Below, piece after piece: positions 38,553-45,492 of a stretch of 64,000 nucleotides of DNA (the stretch's first letter is position 1; the number at the start of each line of letters is the position of its first letter). The notes beneath the pieces were generated by a model. That model was not told the DNA's origin. It worked only from the letters and a program-made list of their open reading frames with translations, and ran no database searches. Where the stretch lies: assembly GCA_045533195.1 (NCBI GenBank), contig JAZSHI010000024.1, forward strand, positions 448-64,447, given 5' to 3'. The position numbers and the translations under genes are program-made. This DNA comes from Acutalibacteraceae bacterium. GTDB taxonomy: Bacteria > Bacillota > Clostridia > Oscillospirales > Acutalibacteraceae.

Positions 38553-39422
38553 ATGGAAAAGAGAAATACGGTAAAAAAAGAAATTGAAATAACAGGCTTT
38601 ATAAGTATATATTATTTTGAACACGGCAAGGAATTTCACCACGCCCCCGAACAGCACGATTTTTGGGAAATAGTTTACGTTGATAAGGGTGAAATAGTTG
38701 CCGTTACCGATGGTTTAGGTCAAACCTTGACGGCAGGTCAGGCAATATTCCATTGTCCAAATGACGTACACAGCCATATTTCAAATAAAAAAGTGCCTAA
38801 CAATATGTTTGTGGTAACCTTTTTAACAGACAGTCCCGCTATGTCCTTTTTCCATAAAAAAACCTTTGATTTAGACGATAACTCTAAAAAGCTTTTATCG
38901 CTTTTTCTTAAAGAGGCGAAGAACGCTTTAGGCGAAGTGCAGGGGGATTTTAAAAACCGTCACGCAATAGATTTTGAAGGAGAGGCTTTCGGTTCCACAC
39001 AGCTTATGGCAGCTTATCTTGAGGAATTTCTTATAAAGCTTATAAGAAGCGGTACGGGCGGTAACGCAATTTTGGAAAATGAAGAAGCAAAACGAATAGG
39101 CGACAATTCCACCGCCGTTCTTATTAAGAAATATTTAAACAGTATGGTTTACGAAAACCTAAGGCTAGAGGATATTTGCAATCACTTTTTTATGGGGAAA
39201 TCAAAGCTTTCCTATATATTTAAGGAAAACACGGGAAAAAGTCCTATGCAGTATCTGTCCTTCCTTAAAATAGAGGAAGCAAAAAGACTTTTAAGAGAAG
39301 GGAATATGAGTGTGGGCGAAATAGCAGACGCATTAAAATATTCGGGTATCCACAGCTTTACCCGCGCTTTTAAAAACGTCACGGGCTTTTCTCCAACCTC
39401 ATATATAAAGAGTATTTATTGA
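38553..39422 (+). CDS. AraC-family transcriptional regulator
   Basis: Cupin-like N-domain and a C-terminal double HTH (GFSPTSY tail). Confidence 0.88.
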   Translation: MEKRNTVKKEIEITGFISIYYFEHGKEFHHAPEQHDFWEIVYVDKGEIVAVTDGLGQTLTAGQAIFHCPNDVHSHISNKKVPNNMFVVTFLTDSPAMSFFHKKTFDLDDNSKKLLSLFLKEAKNALGEVQGDFKNRHAIDFEGEAFGSTQLMAAYLEEFLIKLIRSGTGGNAILENEEAKRIGDNSTAVLIKKYLNSMVYENLRLEDICNHFFMGKSKLSYIFKENTGKSPMQYLSFLKIEEAKRLLREGNMSVGEIADALKYSGIHSFTRAFKNVTGFSPTSYIKSIY

Positions 39423-39529
39423 GTGTGCAAAAAAAATAAGCAAAAAAATCAAAACATAGGCATTGCAAATTTTTAAAAAGTATGTTAAAATAATAACACA
39501 ATAATAATTTTTATAAAGGAGAGATTCCC

Positions 39530-40642
39530 ATGGCAGAATTTAACATTCCCGAAAAAGCAAGAGTTGCCGTATTAACAGGCGAAAAGAAGATTGATATTCT
39601 CACTCTTCCCGTACCCGAAATCGGTGACGACGAAGTACTCGTAAAGGTTGAGCAGACCGGTATCTGCGGTACCGACGTACACGAATACAAGGGCGACCCC
39701 TTTGGTTACATCCCTGTTGAGCTCGGTCACGAGGGTACAGGTACCGTTGTAAAGCTCGGTAAAAACGTTACTACCGACTATTACGGCAAACCCCTTAAGG
39801 TTGGCGACAAAATCGTTACAGGTCTTAAACCCTGTGGTGTTTGCGACACCTGTAAGAACGATCCCGAGCATATTCATCTTTGCCCCGGCGGCGAAATCTT
39901 CGGACTTATGCCCGGTGAAGAAGCATACAAGAACTTCAACGGTTGGTTCGGCGAGTATATCAAGGTTAATGCAGGCGGCGTTATCTTCAACGTAAGCGAT
40001 ATGGACGTTGACCTCCGTACCCTTATTGAACCCACAGCAGTTATCGTTCACGCTGTTGAACAGGCTAAGCAGATCTTTAACTTCAAGCAGGGCTCTTACG
40101 TTCTCGTTCAGGGCTGCGGACCTATCGGTCTTTTACTTCTCGCTATGGTTCGTACCATGGGTGTTAGAAATATTATCGCTGTTGACGGCGACAAGCAGAG
40201 ACTTGAAATGGCTAAAAAGCTGGGCGCTGCTTACACCGTAAACTTTATGGAAGAAGATGCTATTGCTAAGGTTATGGAAATTACCGGTACAGGCGCTGAA
40301 ATGGCATTCCAGTGCACAGGTTCTCCCAAGGCTGCCAGCACCATCTGGAAATATGTACGCCGCGGCGGAAGTATGTGCGAACTCGGCTTCTTCGTTGATA
40401 ACGGTGATACCACCTATAATCCTCACCTTGACATCTGTAACAAGGAAATCAAGGTTATCGGTTCTTGGACCTATCAGGCAAAGGACTGGATTCAGGCTTG
40501 TGAAGTGCTTAAGGAAGCACAGAAGGACGGCCTTCCCGTTGAAGAACTCTTAAGCCACAAATATGCACTTGCCGACATTAACGAGGCAATGGAAATGAAT
40601 ATCAGCATGAAGGGCTTAAAGATCGTTGTAATGGGCGAATAA
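39530..40642 (+). CDS. zinc-dependent medium-chain alcohol/polyol dehydrogenase
   Basis: GICGTDVHEY, GHEGTGTV, structural-zinc cysteines CGVCDTC...C, and NAD motif GCGPIGL. Confidence 0.9.
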   Translation: MAEFNIPEKARVAVLTGEKKIDILTLPVPEIGDDEVLVKVEQTGICGTDVHEYKGDPFGYIPVELGHEGTGTVVKLGKNVTTDYYGKPLKVGDKIVTGLKPCGVCDTCKNDPEHIHLCPGGEIFGLMPGEEAYKNFNGWFGEYIKVNAGGVIFNVSDMDVDLRTLIEPTAVIVHAVEQAKQIFNFKQGSYVLVQGCGPIGLLLLAMVRTMGVRNIIAVDGDKQRLEMAKKLGAAYTVNFMEEDAIAKVMEITGTGAEMAFQCTGSPKAASTIWKYVRRGGSMCELGFFVDNGDTTYNPHLDICNKEIKVIGSWTYQAKDWIQACEVLKEAQKDGLPVEELLSHKYALADINEAMEMNISMKGLKIVVMGE

Positions 40643-40675
40643 TTAAGCAAAACAAATCCCGAAAATAAATAAAAT

Positions 40676-40711
40676 GCGGTAGAAGAAAAACGAAACTTCT
40701 ACCGCATTTTT
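40676..40711 (+). terminator. rho-independent terminator
   Basis: Stem GCGGTAGAAG / CTTCTACCGC followed by a T-run. Confidence 0.75.
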
Positions 40712-40727
40712 ATAGTTTTTATACTTT

Positions 40728-40863
40728 GGCTCCCTCTGACGAGGGAGCTGTTGAGCGTTTAGCGAAACTGAGGGAGAGAAACTTAAGTAAAAGACGTTAT
40801 TATAGCTCTTCTCTCCCTCCGTCTTTTGCTTCGCAAAATCCACCTCCCTCGTCAGATGGAGGC
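40728..40863 (-). repeat. repeat family A (structured ~135-nt interspersed element), copy 1
   Basis: Reverse complement contains GGAGGTGGATTTTGCGAAGCAAAAGACGGAGGGAGAG, matching 53806..53842. Has terminal hairpins and an internal long-range stem. Confidence 0.8.
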
Positions 40864-40922
40864 TAGAAATTTTATTGTCAATTCAGCTGATAAACTACGC
40901 TTTGTATTTTTACAGCCATTTT

Positions 40923-42173
40923 TTAAAACATTCCTTTTCCGTAAACAAGTACGGCGGTATATCCGTTTGCCAGTTTAAGCGTTGACCAATAAACTGTAGT
41001 AAGGGTAGAATTAGCGCTGCTTTGTATTTGCTTTTTAAGTGCGTCATCGGAGCAGTTCTTTACAAGAATAAACGCCCAATCGGGTTGCCTTGAGTTATAG
41101 CAAGAGATAACCGTGCTTACAAAGGAATTATCGTTTAAGTCCTGAACTACGCTATCGGGATTCATATAATAGCTTTCCTTACATTCGGGGATAACCTCAT
41201 CGTAATCTTCAGAATAAGTGCGAAGGGAATCGCTGAATGCAAAGTAAAGTCCGCTGCCCATACTGCAGTTCTTTTTTGGAATAAGCTCATCGGTGGAAGC
41301 ATCGGCATTATACCATTTTCCGTCAATTTTAAAGGCAGTCCAGGTGTGGCCTATTTCTTCTTCGCTGCTGTACATTTTTTCAGCCGCTTCGATTCCTGCC
41401 ATTCTAAAGAGCAGGGAAAGAGCGTTTGCAAAACCGTCGCATTGGGTTTTTCCTGTAATTAAAGCGTCGTAGAGATAAGGGAATACGTCGGTTTTTCCGT
41501 CATCATCCTCGTATTTTTCATACTCAACGTTTTGCGCTAAAATTTTATATAGATGCTCTGCTTTTTGGTAGTCTGAAAGATTTTGGGGAAGGCTTTTTAT
41601 AACATCTTTAACGGCTTCAACCGCTAATAGTTTTTTGTTGAAGTGCTCGGCGGAAAAATTGAATATTGTTATGTAATATCCGTCAAAGGCAGCCTCTCCT
41701 GTATAAAAATCTGTAATTTCCACAGGGATAGAGGAAGTAAAGGTGCCGCCTTCAAAACGCAGATTTTGTTCAAGCAGAGGAGAATCAAGGGAAAGGAATT
41801 CGGCTATTTTTATAATATCATCCACGCTCTCCACAAGAAGCGAATCAACTAAAATATTGGAGTAGCTGTTTTCAAGGGCATATTCAAGAGCTAAATAAAC
41901 CTGCTGTTCGTTGGCGGTAAGAGCGTTATAGTAAATATCACTTCTAAGATATTTGTACCCAGAGGTGTAATCATCGAAAAAGGCGGCGCTTAAGTACTGC
42001 TCTTTGTCTTCCTTTAAAATTGTGCCGTTAGAAAATCCGAAATAGGCAGAATTTTCAACCTTCTCAATAATTTTTCGGCTGTTTATGATGTTGGAAAAAT
42101 CCGAGGCAAAGGAACAGCCCGAAAGTAAAAAACAAATAGCCAAAAAAACAGCAATTATTTTAATTTTCCTCAT
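40923..42173 (-). CDS. lipoprotein with transglutaminase-like cysteine-protease core
   Basis: Lipobox LLSGC. Motifs TQCDGFANA and IGHTWTAFKIDGKWYNAD (C-H-D triad pattern). Confidence 0.75.
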   Translation of the reverse strand: MRKIKIIAVFLAICFLLSGCSFASDFSNIINSRKIIEKVENSAYFGFSNGTILKEDKEQYLSAAFFDDYTSGYKYLRSDIYYNALTANEQQVYLALEYALENSYSNILVDSLLVESVDDIIKIAEFLSLDSPLLEQNLRFEGGTFTSSIPVEITDFYTGEAAFDGYYITIFNFSAEHFNKKLLAVEAVKDVIKSLPQNLSDYQKAEHLYKILAQNVEYEKYEDDDGKTDVFPYLYDALITGKTQCDGFANALSLLFRMAGIEAAEKMYSSEEEIGHTWTAFKIDGKWYNADASTDELIPKKNCSMGSGLYFAFSDSLRTYSEDYDEVIPECKESYYMNPDSVVQDLNDNSFVSTVISCYNSRQPDWAFILVKNCSDDALKKQIQSSANSTLTTVYWSTLKLANGYTAVLVYGKGMF

Positions 42174-42240
42174 ATCGCACCTACTTTCAACATAACTATA
42201 TCATAAATTAGCAAAAAATTCAATGCTGGGGTATATAAAG

Positions 42241-42268
42241 AAAAAAGACAAGCCAAAAGGCTTGTCTT
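42241..42268 (-). terminator. rho-independent terminator after tRNA-Arg
   Basis: Stem AAGACAAGCC / GGCTTGTCTT with a T-run on the minus strand. Confidence 0.8.
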
Positions 42269-42345
42269 TGGCGCGCTGTAAGAGATTCGAACTCCTGGCC
42301 TTTTGGTCCGTAGCCAAACGCTCTATCCAGCTGAGCTAACAGCGC
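42269..42345 (-). tRNA. tRNA-Arg (ACG)
   Basis: Reverse complement reads GCGCTGTTAGCTCAGCTGGATAGAGCGTTTGGCTACGGACCAAAAGG...ACAGCGCGCCA. Anticodon loop is CTACGGA. Confidence 0.9.
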
Positions 42346-42440
42346 ATTAAATAATGTTGCCAAAGTATAATACCACAAAGAAAAGAAAAAATCAAGTATT
42401 TTTTTATAAATCTCAAAAAAAGAGAAAAAACCGTAAGGAT

Positions 42441-42698
42441 TTACGGTTTTTTGTACATTAAATATTTTTCTCTTGTGGCAATACCTCCGCGTATATGCCG
42501 TTCATCTTTGTTTTTCTTTAAAACCTTAGCCACCTGTTTATAAAGGTCGGGTTTAATGGCTTTAAGGCGGTCGGTTACATCTTTATGTACGGTGGATTTG
42601 CTTACGTTAAAAACGGTGGCGGTCTGCCTTACGGTTGCCCCCGTTTCAACTATATACCGTCCAAGCTCCGCCGCCCTTTCATACGAAAAATTTTTCAT
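42441..42698 (-). CDS. spoIIID: sporulation transcriptional regulator SpoIIID
   Basis: ORF 42441..42713. ATG at 42698 follows GGGAG. Motifs GATVRQTATVFNVSKSTVHKD and ERHIRGG. Confidence 0.9.
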   Translation of the reverse strand: MKNFSYERAAELGRYIVETGATVRQTATVFNVSKSTVHKDVTDRLKAIKPDLYKQVAKVLKKNKDERHIRGGIATREKYLMYKKP

Positions 42699-42815
42699 AC
42701 AATCAACTCCCAAAAGGACTTAGTTAATTGTATGAGACCAAGCCAAAGAATATACCTCTCGTTAGTACTGCTGCTTGCTAAGTATAAATCTTCAAGCGCT
42801 TTATAGTATTTTTTA

Positions 42816-42983
42816 TTATTTATTCTTTTTATACCAATTCATAAATTCGGCTGTGTTTTCTTTACAGACATAATTTTGATCGCTGTTTAAAAGCTCAATC
42901 ATACGCTTTTCATCATCAGTAGGCTCCTTTTTAGAGTTCAGCGCCTTTATAATGGTTATAATTATTCGAAACAGCAAATTCAT
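42816..42983 (-). CDS. possible 55-aa ORF (not in ORF track)
   Basis: My translation is MNLLFRIIITIIKALNSKKEPTDDEKRMIELLNSDQNYVCKENTAEFMNWYKKNK. RBS is weak. Confidence 0.25.
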   Translation of the reverse strand: MNLLFRIIITIIKALNSKKEPTDDEKRMIELLNSDQNYVCKENTAEFMNWYKKNK

Positions 42984-43218
42984 TTACTGTTTCGACACCA
43001 AATCTTTGATTTGGTCACAAATTTTCAAAGAAAATTTGACTTCCCTGCTTTCAATAAAAAACTACAGCATTCGGTCAAGTCCGAATTTACTGTTATTAGC
43101 ATATCATAATATCCAAAAGTTTTCAATTTAATTATAAAGGCATTTTTATTAATCTTGAATTGCAAATAAAAATATCGTATAATCAAAATTACAGTATTAA
43201 AATTCTTGGAGTGAAATT

Positions 43219-44583
43219 ATGAAGGATAGCAAAGAAATGCTGGGTACTGCGCCGATTGGAAAATTGTTGTTTAAATTAGCGGTGCCGACTGTAATAGCTC
43301 AGCTTATTAATATGCTGTATAACATAGTTGACCGCATTTATATCGGTCATATATCGGGAGAGGGAAGCCTCGCACTTACGGGGGTTGGCGTTTGTATGCC
43401 GATTATTATGATTATTTCGGCATTTGCGGCTCTTATTGCTTCGGGCGGTGCGCCGAAGGCATCCATCCTTATGGGCGAGGGTGACAATAGCTCTGCCGAA
43501 AAAATTATGGGCGGTTGCTTTTCCTTGCAGATTATTATTTCTGCCCTTCTGACCGCCGTTTTGCTTATTTGGAATAAAGATCTGCTTTTAATGTTCGGCG
43601 CCAGCGAAAATACTATAGATTACGCCACCGCTTATATGAACATCTATGCTATAGGCACCGTTTTTGTGCAATTAACTCTCGGTATGGGTGCATTTATTAC
43701 GGCGCAGGGCTATACCAAAATAAGTATGATGACGGTGCTTATAGGTGCTGTCAGCAATATTATTCTTGACCCCATATTTATTTTCGGCTTAAATATGGGC
43801 GTAAAAGGAGCGGCTTTTGCCACTACTCTGTCACAGGCAATTTCTTGCCTTTGGGTGCTTATATTTCTTTTCGGTAAGAGAACCTATCTTAAACTTAAAA
43901 GACATAATTTCCGCATAGACGGAAAACTAATTTTCCCTTGTATTGCCCTCGGAACAGCAACTTTTATTATGCAAAGCAGTGAAAGTGTCATTTCGGTCTG
44001 CTTTAATTCTTCGCTCCTTAAATACGGCGGAGATATTGCCGTAGGCGCTATGACCATACTTACGAGCGTGATGCAGTTTGCTATGCTTCCGATGCAGGGC
44101 ATTGCACAGGGTGCGCAACCGATTTTAAGCTATAACTTTGGAGCTAAAAATACCCAGCGTGTAAAGAAAACCTATAAGCTTTTGCTTATAACCTGTCTTA
44201 TTTATTCCTTTATAATCTGGGGAAGTGTTATGTTGTTCCCGAAAATGTTTGCGGGTATTTTTTCTCCCGACGCTTCGCTCATTGAATTTACCGCAAAGGC
44301 ACTTCGTATTTATTGCGCCGTACTGTGTATATTTGGTATTCAAATTGCCTGTCAGATGACCTTTGTTTCCATTGGCAACGCGCCTTGTTCCATTATTGTT
44401 GCCGTTGTACGTAAATTTATTTTACTTTTACCGCTTATTTACTTAATGCCACAGCTGATACCGAATAAAACGATGGGTGTTTATACAGCAGAGCCCGTTG
44501 CCGATTTTATAGCAGTAACCTTTACCGCCATTCTTTTTGCTTTCCAATTCAAAAAGGCACTAAAGTCCTTATCCGCCAAATAG
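43219..44583 (+). CDS. MATE-family efflux transporter
   Basis: 454 aa with 12 TM helices and N-terminal PIGKLLFKLAVPTVIAQLINMLYNIVDRIYIG. Confidence 0.9.
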   Translation: MKDSKEMLGTAPIGKLLFKLAVPTVIAQLINMLYNIVDRIYIGHISGEGSLALTGVGVCMPIIMIISAFAALIASGGAPKASILMGEGDNSSAEKIMGGCFSLQIIISALLTAVLLIWNKDLLLMFGASENTIDYATAYMNIYAIGTVFVQLTLGMGAFITAQGYTKISMMTVLIGAVSNIILDPIFIFGLNMGVKGAAFATTLSQAISCLWVLIFLFGKRTYLKLKRHNFRIDGKLIFPCIALGTATFIMQSSESVISVCFNSSLLKYGGDIAVGAMTILTSVMQFAMLPMQGIAQGAQPILSYNFGAKNTQRVKKTYKLLLITCLIYSFIIWGSVMLFPKMFAGIFSPDASLIEFTAKALRIYCAVLCIFGIQIACQMTFVSIGNAPCSIIVAVVRKFILLLPLIYLMPQLIPNKTMGVYTAEPVADFIAVTFTAILFAFQFKKALKSLSAK

Positions 44584-44614
44584 ACACTACCCATGTTTAG
44601 CATAGTATATTGTT

Positions 44615-44652
44615 AAAGGCATCACTTCTCTTTTTGATGTGATGCCTTTTTT
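44615..44652 (+). terminator. rho-independent terminator
   Basis: 11-bp stem AAAGGCATCAC / GTGATGCCTTT followed by a T-run. Confidence 0.75.
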
Positions 44653-44730
44653 AATATACTTTTATTTTTCGGTTGCTGTCTATCGGTAACACAAAATCAG
44701 GGTGCTGATTACCGTGCTGAAAAGATTTGT

Positions 44731-44952
44731 TTATGCTTTCATTATACTCATGAAAATCCCAAAAACAATGGTTACAACAATAATAATCAGACACAGCTTT
44801 GCAATTTTTAGCAAAAAAGCAATACCCATTATCCAGGATAAAAGCAACGCTCCTATGGCAAGTATTGCACAGCCAAGAACGATTTTTCCCGTTGCGCACT
44901 TTGCCCAAAGGATTATCAGACCTGCTATAACCAATAAAATCACCCAAAACAT
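44731..44952 (-). CDS. small hydrophobic membrane protein
   Basis: 73 aa with three predicted TM segments. AAGGGGA RBS upstream. Confidence 0.5.
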   Translation of the reverse strand: MFWVILLVIAGLIILWAKCATGKIVLGCAILAIGALLLSWIMGIAFLLKIAKLCLIIIVVTIVFGIFMSIMKA

Positions 44953-44993
44953 ACTCTTTTCCCCTTGCTTACATAAGTTTTATACAATAAGGC

Positions 44994-45041
44994 AAAAAAA
45001 TCCTCCTACAAGTGTATATGTTGATTTTACACTTATAGGAG
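44994..45041 (-). terminator. strong rho-independent terminator ending the WYL-led operon
   Basis: 16-bp stem TCCTCCTATAAGTGTA / TACACTTGTAGGAGGA with one mismatch, then T7 on the minus strand. Confidence 0.85.
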
Positions 45042-45096
45042 GACAAAGGTATGTCTGCCTTAATTATTTAGTTGTCGGCATATTTAATGATTAAAA

Positions 45097-45255
45097 TTAT
45101 TTATTTTCAATTTTCCCCAAGCCGTCGCATTTTGGGCAGTCGATTACCCCATCACCGTGACAATAGTCACATTCTTCTCCGTCTTCATATCCGAAGCCGT
45201 CACAATGAGGACAATCTAATTCACCGCTGCCGCCGCATTTTGAACAATCAACCAT
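45097..45255 (-). CDS. 52-aa DnaJ-type zinc-finger mini-protein, (CxxCxGxG)x4 (not in ORF track)
   Basis: My translation is MVDCSKCGGSGELDCPHCDGFGYEDGEECDYCHGDGVIDCPKCDGLGKIENK. AAGGAG RBS lies 7 nt upstream of the ATG. Confidence 0.8.
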   Translation of the reverse strand: MVDCSKCGGSGELDCPHCDGFGYEDGEECDYCHGDGVIDCPKCDGLGKIENK

Positions 45256-45275
45256 TTTGTGACTCCTTTATAAAA

Positions 45276-45449
45276 TTAATATTTTCTGTTTATAACCCAA
45301 GAATGCGGTTGAGGTCTGCCCAATTTGTTTTTAGGTCTGCGAGAACAACTGCCGGGTTGAGGTCTTCCGAAGTTACTGAGCTGTGTGCTTCTGGCTCCAC
45401 ACCATCTGCACATATACTCAACCTTCATAATCTTTTTTCCTGTAGGCAT
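45276..45449 (-). CDS. 57-aa basic CxxC mini-protein with duplicated GRPQP motif
   Basis: ORF 45276..45458. GAAAGGA abuts the first ATG and is better spaced (9 nt) for the ATG at 45449. Contains CRWCG, FGRPQPGSC and LGRPQPHSW. Confidence 0.6.
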   Translation of the reverse strand: MPTGKKIMKVEYMCRWCGARSTQLSNFGRPQPGSCSRRPKNKLGRPQPHSWVINRKY

Positions 45450-45492
45450 TAAAACCATTCCTTTCTGTTAATATTTTATTGCTTTTTAATTT

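Noticed and set aside
40643-40843. 66-aa minus-strand ORF
   Set aside because: It lies entirely within the family A repeat and the ADH terminator. A repeat-derived reading frame is also seen at the other copy.
44651-44947. 98-aa minus-strand ORF competing with the 73-aa membrane-protein ORF
   Set aside because: It has no RBS and a Cys/His/Asn-rich odd composition. The overlapping 73-aa frame has an RBS and coherent TM helices.
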